Below are positions 17,775 to 32,931 of a DNA stretch of 38,330 nucleotides, one piece after another. The position numbers were made by a program, and so were the translations under genes. Positions within the stretch are counted from its first letter, which is position 1; every line of letters begins with the position of its first letter. The notes under the pieces were generated by a model. It did no database searches. It was given only the letters and a program-made list of their open reading frames with translations, and was not told the origin of the DNA. The stretch is taken from positions 1 to 38,330 of the forward strand of contig JBBRRY010000033.1 of assembly GCA_038245905.1 (NCBI GenBank). Reading direction: 5' to 3'. Source of the DNA: Thermoanaerobaculia bacterium (lineage in GTDB: Bacteria > Acidobacteriota > Thermoanaerobaculia > UBA5066).

Positions 17775-17929
17775 CGCCGGGTTCGAAGAGCACCAGGAGA
17801 TTTTGCTTAGAAAGGAAGACGGCCAGGGCGCCGCCGGCCCGCTGCGACCTGCGCCCTCGCGCGCCGCGAGGTCGCCAGGCCCTATTCACTTTCTAGGAGA
17901 ATCTTCGATACTCTTCGAACGGAGCACAT

Positions 17930-19312
17930 ATGGCCAGACTCCTCATCAAGGGTGGACGCATCGTCACGGCCGTCGACGACTACATGGGTGACGTGCTCGT
18001 CGAGGGCTCGACGATCGCGGCGATCTTCGCGCACGGTCAGACTCCTGCGATCGACGCGCCCGTCCTCGACGCGACGGGCAGGCTCGTGATCCCCGGCGGC
18101 ATCGACCCGCACACGCACCTCGACATGCCGTTCGGCGGGACGACGTCGGCCGACGACTTCGAGAGCGGCACGATCGCCGCCGCGCACGGCGGGACGACGT
18201 CGATCGTGGACTTCGCGATCCAGACCAAGGGGCAGGCGCTCCGCGAGGCCCGCGACGTGTGGATGAAGAAGGCCGAGGGGAAGGCCGCGATCGACTACGG
18301 CTTCCACATGATCATCACGGACCTCCCCGATGCCGTCGAGAAGGAGATGGACGTCCTCGTCCAGGAGGGCGTGACCTCGTTCAAGCTTTTCATGGCCTAT
18401 CGCGGCGTCCTCATGCTGGACGACGGGTCCATCTTCCGCGCGTTACTCAAGACGGGCGAGAACGGCGGGACGATCTGCATGCACGCCGAGAACGGCGACG
18501 TGATCGACGTCCTCGTCAGACGCGCGATCGCGGAGGGGCACACCGCTCCGAAGTGGCATGCCTTGACGCGTCCGCCGCGCGCCGAGGCCGAGGCGACCTA
18601 TCGCGCGATCTGTCTCGCGGAAATGGCGAACGTGCCGCTCTACGTCGTCCACCTCTCGGCCGCCGAGGCTCTCGAGAAGATCGCCGAAGCGCGCGACCGC
18701 GGCCTCCCGATGCACGCCGAGACGTGCCCGCAATACCTGTTCCTTTCGTACGACAACTACGAGGAGCCCGGCTTCGAGGGCGCGAAGTACGTCATGTCGC
18801 CGCCCTTGCGCGCGAAGGGCAACGAGGAGGCGCTCTGGCGCGGCCTCCGGATGAACGACCTGCAGGCCGTGTCGACGGATCATTGCCCGTTCTGCATGAA
18901 GGAGAAGGAGCTCGGGAAGAGCGACTTCTCGAAGATCCCGAACGGCGCGCCCGGCATCGAGACGCGCATGTCGCTCCTCTGGGACGGCGGCGTCGTGAAG
19001 GGGCGCATCAGCCCGAACCGGTTCGTCGAGCTGACGTCCACGTCGCCCGCGAAGATCTTCGGCCTCTTCCCGAAGAAGGGAACGGTCGCGCCGGGCTCGG
19101 ACGCCGATCTCGTCGTCTTCGACCCGAACCGCAAGGTTACGCTCAGCGCGAAGACCCTCCACCAGCGCGTCGACTACACGCCCTACGAAGGGCGCGTCGT
19201 CCAGGGCGCCGCGGACGTCGTCCTGTCGCGGGGTGAGATCATCGTGAAGGACGGGAAATTCCTCGGAAAAGCCGGAAGAGGCAGCTTCCTGAAGAGGAAG
19301 CCCCGCACTTAG
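17930..19312 (+). CDS. hydA: Dihydropyrimidinase
   Basis: PGGIDPHTH, SFKLFMAY, MHAENG, VVHLS, ETCPQY, STDHCPF, IPNG. Confidence 0.95.
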   Translation: MARLLIKGGRIVTAVDDYMGDVLVEGSTIAAIFAHGQTPAIDAPVLDATGRLVIPGGIDPHTHLDMPFGGTTSADDFESGTIAAAHGGTTSIVDFAIQTKGQALREARDVWMKKAEGKAAIDYGFHMIITDLPDAVEKEMDVLVQEGVTSFKLFMAYRGVLMLDDGSIFRALLKTGENGGTICMHAENGDVIDVLVRRAIAEGHTAPKWHALTRPPRAEAEATYRAICLAEMANVPLYVVHLSAAEALEKIAEARDRGLPMHAETCPQYLFLSYDNYEEPGFEGAKYVMSPPLRAKGNEEALWRGLRMNDLQAVSTDHCPFCMKEKELGKSDFSKIPNGAPGIETRMSLLWDGGVVKGRISPNRFVELTSTSPAKIFGLFPKKGTVAPGSDADLVVFDPNRKVTLSAKTLHQRVDYTPYEGRVVQGAADVVLSRGEIIVKDGKFLGKAGRGSFLKRKPRT

Positions 19313-19327
19313 AAGGGAACAAGAGAC

Positions 19328-20659
19328 ATGAGCCCGATCTCCGAAGCAAATACCTCTTCCCCGGTCTCTTCCTCCGACGTGAGGGCGAAGCACAAGGAAT
19401 TTCTCTTCCCCTCCGTCACGAACTACTACAAGGAGTCGGTCGTTCTCGAGTCCGGCAAGGGGATGTACGTCACGGACGCCGACGGCAAGAAGTATCTCGA
19501 CTTCTTCGCGGGGATCCTGACCGTCTCCGTCGGTCACGCGAACGAGAAGGTGAATGCGGCGGTCAAAGCGCAGCTGGACCGCCTCGGCCACGTCTCGACG
19601 CTCTACCCGACGCTGCCAATCGTGGAGCTCGCCGAAACTCTCGCGCGCATCACCCCGGGCCGCCTCCAGAAGTCGTTCTTCACGGCCTCGGGCACGGAGG
19701 CCGACGAGACCGCCGTCATGATGGCGCAGGTCTACACGGGGCGAACCGAGATCATCGCCCTCCGTCACGGGTACTCGGGCCGCTCGATGCTCGCGCAGTC
19801 CCTCACGGCCCATTCCACGTGGCGCGCCGTGCCGACGCAGATCGCCGCGATCAAGCACGCCCTCTCGCCCTACTGCTACCGCTGCCCGCTCAAGCTGACG
19901 TACCCGTCCTGCGGCGTCGCGTGCGCGAAGGACCTCGAGGAGCTCATCCGGACGACGACGACGGGTCAGATTGCTGGATTCATCGCCGAGCCGATCCAGG
20001 GCGTCGGCGGCTTCGTGACTCCTCCCAAGGAGTATTACGAGATCGCGGTCGGGATCGTCCGGAAGTTCGGCGGCGTCTTCATCTGCGACGAGGTCCAGAC
20101 GGGCTTCGGCCGCACCGGCGGGAGCTGGTTCGGGATCTCGCACTGGAACGTCGAGCCCGAGATCATGACGATGGCCAAGGGCGTCGCGAACGGGATGCCG
20201 CTCGGCGTCACGATCGCGACCCCGGAGATCGCGGACTCCTTCAAGGCGCTCACGATCTCGACTTTCGGTGGGAACCCGATCTCGTCGGCCGCCGCGAACG
20301 CCACGATCTCCGTCATGGAAGAGATCGACGCCCCCGGGCGCGCCACCGAGATGGGCGCGCGCCTTCGGGCGGGTCTCGACCGGCTCAAGGCGAAGTATCC
20401 GAAGACGATCGGCGACGTGCGCGGCATGGGACTCATGCAGGGCGTCGAGCTCGTGGCCGACGAGACGGTGCAGGACCGCACGCCGGCTCCCGAGAAGGCC
20501 GTCCGCCTCTTTGAGGAGACGAAAAAGCGCGGCCTCCTGATCGGAAAAGGCGGCCTCTACGGAAACGTGCTCCGCATTTCTCCTCCCCTGATCGTGAGCG
20601 CGGGCGAGGTCGACGCCGCTCTGAAGATCCTCGACGAGTCGTTCGCGGGCTGGGCCTGA
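19328..20659 (+). CDS. Class III PLP aminotransferase (AGXT2-like; probable beta-alanine/beta-aminoisobutyrate transaminase)
   Basis: YLDFFAGI.TVSVGH, EPIQGVGG, DEVQTGFGR, MAKG, TFGGNP; substrate inferred from context. Confidence 0.88.
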   Translation: MSPISEANTSSPVSSSDVRAKHKEFLFPSVTNYYKESVVLESGKGMYVTDADGKKYLDFFAGILTVSVGHANEKVNAAVKAQLDRLGHVSTLYPTLPIVELAETLARITPGRLQKSFFTASGTEADETAVMMAQVYTGRTEIIALRHGYSGRSMLAQSLTAHSTWRAVPTQIAAIKHALSPYCYRCPLKLTYPSCGVACAKDLEELIRTTTTGQIAGFIAEPIQGVGGFVTPPKEYYEIAVGIVRKFGGVFICDEVQTGFGRTGGSWFGISHWNVEPEIMTMAKGVANGMPLGVTIATPEIADSFKALTISTFGGNPISSAAANATISVMEEIDAPGRATEMGARLRAGLDRLKAKYPKTIGDVRGMGLMQGVELVADETVQDRTPAPEKAVRLFEETKKRGLLIGKGGLYGNVLRISPPLIVSAGEVDAALKILDESFAGWA

Positions 20660-20675
20660 GGCCTCTCCACAGGGA

Positions 20676-26327
<5,652 letters not shown>

Positions 26328-26341
26328 GGCGGGATCGCTCT

Positions 26342-27484
26342 CTACTTCGCGCGCGTGTCCGCTGGCACCAGCTCGGCCGCCGCGTAGCCCTCAGCCTCGT
26401 GCCCGCCGTGGTACTCGCCGGGGTTCGGCCGCCGGATCTGCGCCTGCGGGACGACACGGTCGCGCCTGAGGCCGCGGAAATCCTCTAGAGACGTCCAGCC
26501 CCGCGCGGCGTTTTTCTCGAGAAATACGGACATCCCTTCCTTCAGCGTACGGATCACGTTCGGTCCGATCGCGTGGTCGAGCATCGCGGCCGTGCAGACC
26601 TGCACGGTCCCACAGCCGAGGAGGAAGTAATTGAGGGCGTGCGAGAAGTCCGAGATGCCGCCGATGCCCGAAAATGACCGGTCGGGAAACGCATGCGTGA
26701 GCTGCGCCATCTTCGCGAGAGCAAGTGGGAGGATCGCGGGGCCGCCGAGGCCGCCCGACGACGTGTAGCCGTCGACGTTGATCTCGAAGTCGAGCGTCTC
26801 GGGGTCGACGAGCGGGATCGACGGGAACGTGTTCGACGACGTGATCGCGTCGGCTCCGCCCCGGAACGCCGCGCCCGCCTCGACCGCGATGTCCGTCGTC
26901 GAGGGAGTCAGCTTCGTCCACACAGGGACCTTCGCGACTTCCTTCACCGCCTTCGTGACCGAGGAGGTCAGGACGCTGCTCTTCCCGATGTTCGAGCCCA
27001 TGTCCTCGCGGTCCATGTGCGGGCAGGAGAAGTTCAGCTCGAGGGCGTCCACGCCCTCGTCCTGACAGGTCTTCGCGAGCAGCTGCCAGTTGGAAAGCTC
27101 CTTGTCGTTGCCCGAGCCCGCCATGATGGAGGCCACGAGAACCTTCCCGGGAAACGCCTTCTTGATGCGCGAGAGGCGTCCGACCCACCAGTCGAGAGGC
27201 TTGTCTGAGATGAGCTCCCAGTTCCACGACGAGTGGAGGACCGACGCCGGCCGCGCCTTCATCGAGATCCGGGGCGTCTCGAAGTCCGCCCGGAAGAACT
27301 TCGTCTTCGCGCCCGCGACGTTCACGACGGGGTGGAGGCCGATCGTCTTCGTCACGACGCCTCCCCAGCCGGCCTCGAAGGCGCGGAGGATGTTCGTCTC
27401 CGACTCGGTGGGCGGAGCGGAAGCGAGGAGGAAGGGATTCTCGAACCGGATGCCGGTGAACACGGCGGAAAGATCGGCGGCCAT
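26342..27484 (-). CDS. preA: Dihydropyrimidine dehydrogenase catalytic (PreA-like) subunit, 380 aa
   Basis: NPFLLASAPPT, GWGGVVTKT, ELISD, ELNFSCPH, KLTP, VQVCTAAM; GGAGG before ATG 27484. Confidence 0.9.
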   Translation of the reverse strand: MAADLSAVFTGIRFENPFLLASAPPTESETNILRAFEAGWGGVVTKTIGLHPVVNVAGAKTKFFRADFETPRISMKARPASVLHSSWNWELISDKPLDWWVGRLSRIKKAFPGKVLVASIMAGSGNDKELSNWQLLAKTCQDEGVDALELNFSCPHMDREDMGSNIGKSSVLTSSVTKAVKEVAKVPVWTKLTPSTTDIAVEAGAAFRGGADAITSSNTFPSIPLVDPETLDFEINVDGYTSSGGLGGPAILPLALAKMAQLTHAFPDRSFSGIGGISDFSHALNYFLLGCGTVQVCTAAMLDHAIGPNVIRTLKEGMSVFLEKNAARGWTSLEDFRGLRRDRVVPQAQIRRPNPGEYHGGHEAEGYAAAELVPADTRAK

Positions 27485-27577
27485 CGCGTCCTCCCCTGAA
27501 ACCCCTGTAAAAGTGAACGGCCAGCATAAGACGAATGAGTCTCGAACGCGAACGGCTGGTACGATATCGGCATCGAA

Positions 27578-29053
27578 ATGTCGGCAAAACAGGGCGAAAT
27601 CGTCCACGCCGACGGGCGTGTCGAGCTGGCGGACGCGTCGGCTCTCCGCGGCAGCCCCCTCTACAACGAGGACCTCGCTCCCGTCCCTGTCGCACGGCGC
27701 ACGTGGACGACCTACAACTACGCGGCGCTCTGGATCTCGATGGCGCACTGCATTCCGACGTACATGCTGGCCTCGGGCCTGATGAACTCCGGGATGAACT
27801 GGAAGCAGGCGCTCTTCACGATCCTCCTCGGCAACACGATCGTCCTCGCGCCGATACTCCTCAATTCCCATCCCGGCACGAAATACGGCATCCCGTTCCC
27901 CGTCTTCGCGCGCGCCGCGTACGGGACGGCCGGCTCGAACCTTCCGGCCCTCATGCGCGCCTTCGTTGCGTGCGGCTGGTTCGGGATCCAGGCGTGGATC
28001 GGCGGCGAGGCCCTCCACACGTTCTTCACGGTGACGATCGCCGGCTGGCCGACGCTCCTCGGCGCGGGATTCGGCGGCCACACGTCGACGGAATGGCTCT
28101 CATTCCTGATGTTTTGGGGCCTGAACGTCTTCGTGATCTATCGCGGGATGGACCTCCTTCGAAAGGTCGAGAACTGGGCGGCGCCGTACGTCCTCGTCGT
28201 GACGCTCGTCCTTCTCGTGTGGGCCGTCCGGGAAGCCAGGGGCCTCGGACCTCTCCTCGCGCAGCCTGGCAAGTTCTCGACGTTCGCGGAGTTCTTCCCC
28301 ATCTTCATCCCGTCGCTCACGGCGATGGTCGGATTCTGGGCCACGCTGTCCCTCAACATGCCCGACTTCACGCGCTTCGGGCGCAGCCAGAGGGAGCAGA
28401 TCGTGGGGCAGGTCGTCGCGTTGCCGACCACCATGTTCGCGTTCGCTGCGATGGGCGTTCTCATCACGAGCGCGAGCGCGATCATCTTCGGTGAGGCGAT
28501 CTGGGACCCGGTCAAGCTCGTTGGGAAGTTCACGAGCCCCGTCGTCGTCGCCGTCGCGATGTTCTCGGTCGTCGTCGCGACGCTCGCCGTCAACATCGCG
28601 GCGAACGTCGTCTCCCCCGCGAACGACTTCGCGAACCTCCTCCCCCGCCACATCAGCTTCAGGACCGGTGGGCTCATCACGGGCCTCATCGGCATCGCGA
28701 TGCAGCCCTGGCGCCTGCTCGCGGACCCGAAGGGCTACATCTTCACGTGGCTGCTGGGGTACTCCGGCGGGCTCGGGTCCATCGCGGGCGTTCTCATCGC
28801 GGATTACTGGATCGTGCGGAAGAGGACGCTCGACCTGAAGGCGCTCTACCTGAAGGACGGCAGGTACGGCGGGTGGAATCCGGCCGCCGTCGTCGCGACG
28901 TTCGCGGGCTGCTTCCTCGCGTGGGGCGGGCTCCTGATCCCCCTCCTCCGGCCCCTCTACGACTATGGTTGGTTCGTCGGGTTCCTCGCTTCGGGCAGCC
29001 TCTACGTCCTCCTCATGCGCGTCCGACCGCTCGATCCTCCTGCCACCCGCTGA
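27578..29053 (+). CDS. NCS1-family nucleobase:cation symporter
   Basis: LYNEDLAP, GTKYGIPFPV, ACGWFGIQ, NMPDFTRF, NIAANVVSPA, IADYW; many TM helices. Confidence 0.93.
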   Translation: MSAKQGEIVHADGRVELADASALRGSPLYNEDLAPVPVARRTWTTYNYAALWISMAHCIPTYMLASGLMNSGMNWKQALFTILLGNTIVLAPILLNSHPGTKYGIPFPVFARAAYGTAGSNLPALMRAFVACGWFGIQAWIGGEALHTFFTVTIAGWPTLLGAGFGGHTSTEWLSFLMFWGLNVFVIYRGMDLLRKVENWAAPYVLVVTLVLLVWAVREARGLGPLLAQPGKFSTFAEFFPIFIPSLTAMVGFWATLSLNMPDFTRFGRSQREQIVGQVVALPTTMFAFAAMGVLITSASAIIFGEAIWDPVKLVGKFTSPVVVAVAMFSVVVATLAVNIAANVVSPANDFANLLPRHISFRTGGLITGLIGIAMQPWRLLADPKGYIFTWLLGYSGGLGSIAGVLIADYWIVRKRTLDLKALYLKDGRYGGWNPAAVVATFAGCFLAWGGLLIPLLRPLYDYGWFVGFLASGSLYVLLMRVRPLDPPATR

Positions 29054-29071
29054 CGGCGCCTAGAATCGCGT

Positions 29072-30955
29072 ATGAGATTCAAGTCCGTTCTCTTCGCCGC
29101 TGCGATTGCCGCGCTCCCACTTGCCGCCGACGACCTCGAGACAGCGGTCGGTCGCATGTCCCGCGTCGGATCGTCGCGCTCCCCCAGCTTCTCGCCAGAT
29201 GGGAAGACGATCGCCTTCGTCTCGAACCTGAGCGGCCTGCCGCAGGTGTGGACGATTCCCGCCACGGGCGGCTTCCCCCGCATGGTCACGTCCTTCGACG
29301 ATCCGGTCGGCGTCGCCGAATGGTCGCCGGACGGCCAGTGGATCGCGTTCAGTCTCGCGCCCGGCGGCGGGATGAATACGCAGGTGTACCTCGTGAAGCC
29401 GGACGGCACCGGTCTCAAGCGCCTGACGGACGGCGGCAAGGAGACGAACCGGCTCGGCGACTTCCGGCACGACGGCAAACGACTCGCCCTCGGCTCGAAC
29501 CGCCGGACGAAGGTCGGCATCGACGCGTACGTCTACGACGTCGAGTCCGGTCGCCTCGAACTCGTCAGCGAGATCGCGGGCACGGGCGGATTCGATGACC
29601 TGTCGCGTGACGGGAGACGTGCGCTTCTGAACCGCCTCCGCTACCGAGGGAGCAACGACCTCTTCCTCGTGGACCTCGCGACGAAGAAGGAGACTCTGCT
29701 CACGCCGCACGAGGGACCCGGATCGTTCAGCGGGGTCTTCTCGCCGGACGGCAACGCAGTGTGGATTTCTTCGAATGGAGGAAGGGACCGCCTCGCGTTC
29801 GGCCGCATCGCGCTCGGGAAGGACGGCGCACCCGGTCCCATCGAGATCGTCGCCGCGCGCGACGACGCGGAGCTGCAATCGTTCGCGATCGACGAAAAGG
29901 GCGAGAAAGCCATCCTCGTGTGGAACGTCGCGGGGCGTCAAGAACTGGCGTTTGAAGATCTTCTTAGAATGAAAATGAGTGCAGGGCCGAAGCTGCCGGG
30001 AGATCTAGTCTCCGGTGTGACATGGTCGAAGGACGGCAGCCGGCTGGCCATGAGCGTGTCGGGTGCCGCCGCTCCGACCGACATCTTCATACTCGAAGAA
30101 ATCTCCTCCTCTTCTCCCCGTTTCTCCCGCCTCACCGAGAGCCCGCACGCAGGGGTCGACCTGACCAGCCTGGTCTCCCCCGAGCTCCTGACGTTCAAGG
30201 CCCACGACGGCGAGCCGCTTTCGGGCTGGCTCTACCGGCCGAAAGGTGCGAAGGGGCCCGGGCCAGTCGTCCTGTCGTTCCACGGCGGACCCGAGGGGCA
30301 GGAAGTCCCGACCTTCCGGGCCGACTATCAGGCTCTCGTGTCGCAAGGTATCGCGGTCTTCGCGCCGAACGTGCGCGGCTCGTCGGGCTTCGGGAAGCGT
30401 TTCGTGAATCTCGACAACGGCGTGCTGCGCGTGAACGCCGTCAAGGACATCGTCTCGTGCGTGGACGCCGTCGTGAAGGCTGGCGTCGCGGACCCGAAAC
30501 GCCTCGGCATCATGGGCGGCTCGTATGGCGGCTACATGACGATGGCCGGCCTCGTCGACTACCCGGATATGTTCGCCGCGGGTGCGAACCTCTTCGGCGT
30601 CGTGAACTTCAAGACGTTCTTCAAGCATACGGAAGGCTGGATGGCGGCGGTCTCGAAAGTCGAGTACGGCGACCCGGACACCGAGGGCGACATGCTCGAC
30701 CGCCTCTCACCGCTCACGCGGATCGACAGAGTCAAGGCGCCGACACTGGTCCTCCACGGCGCGAACGACACGAACGTGCCCGTCATCGAGGCCGAGCAGG
30801 TCGTCGCGAGCCTGAAGAAACGTGGCGTGCCCGTGGAATACGTCCTTTTCCCGGACGAGGGGCACGGCTTCCAGAAGCTCCCGAACCGGATCCGCTCGAA
30901 CGTCGAGATCGTGAAGTGGTTCGCGAGGTGGCTCGGCGTCAAGCCGGCGGCTTGA
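29072..30955 (+). CDS. Secreted S9 (prolyl oligopeptidase/acylaminoacyl) peptidase
   Basis: Signal peptide, SPDG propeller repeats, HGGP, GGSYGG, HGANDTNV, DEGHG. Confidence 0.93.
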   Translation: MRFKSVLFAAAIAALPLAADDLETAVGRMSRVGSSRSPSFSPDGKTIAFVSNLSGLPQVWTIPATGGFPRMVTSFDDPVGVAEWSPDGQWIAFSLAPGGGMNTQVYLVKPDGTGLKRLTDGGKETNRLGDFRHDGKRLALGSNRRTKVGIDAYVYDVESGRLELVSEIAGTGGFDDLSRDGRRALLNRLRYRGSNDLFLVDLATKKETLLTPHEGPGSFSGVFSPDGNAVWISSNGGRDRLAFGRIALGKDGAPGPIEIVAARDDAELQSFAIDEKGEKAILVWNVAGRQELAFEDLLRMKMSAGPKLPGDLVSGVTWSKDGSRLAMSVSGAAAPTDIFILEEISSSSPRFSRLTESPHAGVDLTSLVSPELLTFKAHDGEPLSGWLYRPKGAKGPGPVVLSFHGGPEGQEVPTFRADYQALVSQGIAVFAPNVRGSSGFGKRFVNLDNGVLRVNAVKDIVSCVDAVVKAGVADPKRLGIMGGSYGGYMTMAGLVDYPDMFAAGANLFGVVNFKTFFKHTEGWMAAVSKVEYGDPDTEGDMLDRLSPLTRIDRVKAPTLVLHGANDTNVPVIEAEQVVASLKKRGVPVEYVLFPDEGHGFQKLPNRIRSNVEIVKWFARWLGVKPAA

Positions 30956-31709
30956 TCTCGAACGCCGAGTCGGGGATCGCCTTCTTCTCGTAGTCGAGGT
31001 ACTCGACCACGGTGACGCCGGGCCGGAGCGTGTCGACGATCGTCATTTTCGCGAGCGACAGGACTCCGTGATACCGGCGGTATTCCTCGAAAGTCGTCTC
31101 CCGGGCTGTCTTTCCGGATGCAACGAGAAATACGGCCCTGCGGTATAGGCCCTCTTTTTCGTCGATCCACACACGAACGACCGGATAGGACGGGTTCTTC
31201 CCCGCCTTCGCCGTGAGGCGAAGGACGACGCAACTCCGTGCATTCAGCACGTCCGTGCGTTCCACGACCGCGTCGTAGTCCTCCGCAAAGCGCGTGCGCG
31301 ACATGTCCGCCGCCGAGAACCCACCTTCTAGGCGATGGCTCTTCGGCACGCGGATCGGGTTTTTCGTGTTCGGCAGGAGGAGCCAGACATCGTCGCCAAC
31401 CTGCACGACGGACTTTCCGGCATCGGAAGGGTTCAGAAAGCGGATACGCGACCTGTCGCGACCCTTCGCCTCCACCGTGAAGGCCCCCGTGAACGGCGGC
31501 ACCCCAGGCTTCGTAGTCGTGACGCGCAGCGAGAGCACCACCTCCGGCCAGGCTGCCTTGACGCGGTCGGCGCGCGCCAGCAGCGCCCCGGGATCCTGGG
31601 CGAAAAGAGGAAGAAAGAGACTGCTTAGAATGAGAAGAGCGGACGTCGGGCTCACGAGCCGCCTCCGAACCATTCGAAGAATCTTCTCTTCTCCCCTCAT
31701 TCTAAACAT
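30939..31709 (-). CDS. LolA-like outer-membrane lipoprotein-sorting family protein
   Basis: Signal-like N-terminus, F..P.DAGK, VWLLLP, FSAAD, YPVVRVWID; downstream of the ABC permease; start uncertain; 17-nt tail-to-tail overlap with the S9 gene. Confidence 0.8.
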   Translation of the reverse strand: MFRMRGEEKILRMVRRRLVSPTSALLILSSLFLPLFAQDPGALLARADRVKAAWPEVVLSLRVTTTKPGVPPFTGAFTVEAKGRDRSRIRFLNPSDAGKSVVQVGDDVWLLLPNTKNPIRVPKSHRLEGGFSAADMSRTRFAEDYDAVVERTDVLNARSCVVLRLTAKAGKNPSYPVVRVWIDEKEGLYRRAVFLVASGKTARETTFEEYRRYHGVLSLAKMTIVDTLRPGVTVVEYLDYEKKAIPDSAFEIKPPA

Positions 31710-32931
31710 GCCCCAACGCCTCCACCGGATTAAGCCGCGCCGCGCGGCGCGCGGGCCACCAGGCGGCGATGAGGAGCGTGAGCGACATGACCGCGAATCC
31801 AAGGCCGTACGCGAGCGGGATGAAGTCGACGTGCAGGAGGTTTCCCCTCGTGCCGCCGGGCGGAGGCGGCAGCATGATGCCCGAGGCGTTCAGAATCAGC
31901 CGCAGGACGAAGGACGCGGCCGCGCCGACGAGCGAGCCGACGACTCCGAGGAGGAGTCCCTCGAGGAGAAAGAGCGTGCGGATCTGGCCCCGCTCCATTC
32001 CGATCGCGAGAAGCGTCCCGATCTCGCGCGTCCTCTCGAAGACCGACATCGTCATCGTATTCGCGGTCGCGAGAATGACGACCGTCGAGAGCACGAGGCC
32101 CATGAAGAAGAAGATCGCGACGTAAAGAAGCTTGACCTGCTTGTAGAACGCGGCGGTCTCGAGCCAGGTCTTCACGACGACCGGCCGGCCCGCGGCCGCA
32201 AGCGCGCCGGCGATGTCGCGAGCCGCCGCGTCCAGCTCGACTCCGTCCTTCAGGAGCACGGCCACCGTGTTCGCCCTGCCTTCGACCTTCAGGAGCCTCG
32301 CCGCGGCGCGATAGGGCAGGAAGAGCAGGCGATCGTCGATTTCCTTGATCGGATACGACAAGACCGCGACGACGCTCGCGTCCACCGCGTTGAGTCCGCC
32401 GTCCGGCGTCGTCGTCATGACGGTGACCAGGTCTCCGGCCTTCGCCCCGATCGCGCGGGCCAGACCGGATCCGAGCATGACGTCTTCGGCATCGGGATTC
32501 GAGAAGAACGCCCCGGAGACGACCGTGTCCGACGCGAGAGACGCGCCGCGCTCCAGCGCGGGAATCGTGCCCGTGCCGAGGTACGCGCCGCTCTTGTCGC
32601 CCTTCACCACGAGCCCAAAAAACGAGAGCTTCGGCATGGCTTGGGCGACACGGGGGTCCTTCCCGAGAATTGCCGAGAGCCCCTCCCAGTCGTCGAGAAG
32701 GATGACGGAGGCCTCGTCATCCGTCTTTCCGGCGGCCTTCGGATCGAGGAGCCGCAGGTGCCCGCCAGTGCCGCGGATCGTGGCGGCCCCGAGCGATGTG
32801 AAGGTCTGCGAGACGAAACCCGCCGTCATGGTCACGGCGACGAAGCCGACGACGACGATCGAGCCCGTGAGCAGCGTGCGCCGCGCGTGCCGGCGGAGGT
32901 TTCGCGCCGCGAGGCGGATCCACCGGCTCAC
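31702..32931 (-). CDS. FtsX/MacB/LolE-type ABC permease
   Basis: GTG 32931 (GTGA overlap); AARNLRRHARRTLLT, SVFERTREIGTLLAIG, PARRAARLNPVEAL. Confidence 0.92.
   Translation of the reverse strand: MSRWIRLAARNLRRHARRTLLTGSIVVVGFVAVTMTAGFVSQTFTSLGAATIRGTGGHLRLLDPKAAGKTDDEASVILLDDWEGLSAILGKDPRVAQAMPKLSFFGLVVKGDKSGAYLGTGTIPALERGASLASDTVVSGAFFSNPDAEDVMLGSGLARAIGAKAGDLVTVMTTTPDGGLNAVDASVVAVLSYPIKEIDDRLLFLPYRAAARLLKVEGRANTVAVLLKDGVELDAAARDIAGALAAAGRPVVVKTWLETAAFYKQVKLLYVAIFFFMGLVLSTVVILATANTMTMSVFERTREIGTLLAIGMERGQIRTLFLLEGLLLGVVGSLVGAAASFVLRLILNASGIMLPPPPGGTRGNLLHVDFIPLAYGLGFAVMSLTLLIAAWWPARRAARLNPVEALGHV

Noticed and set aside
17844-17875. Alternative GC hairpins upstream of hydA (GCGACCT/AGGTCGC vs CCTCGCG/CGCGAGG)
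   Set aside because: Such pairings are common at this GC content; no U-tract or known riboswitch features.
27485-28081. N-terminal extension of preA in the ORF track
   Set aside because: Antisense to the NCS1 gene; an SD supports ATG 27484.
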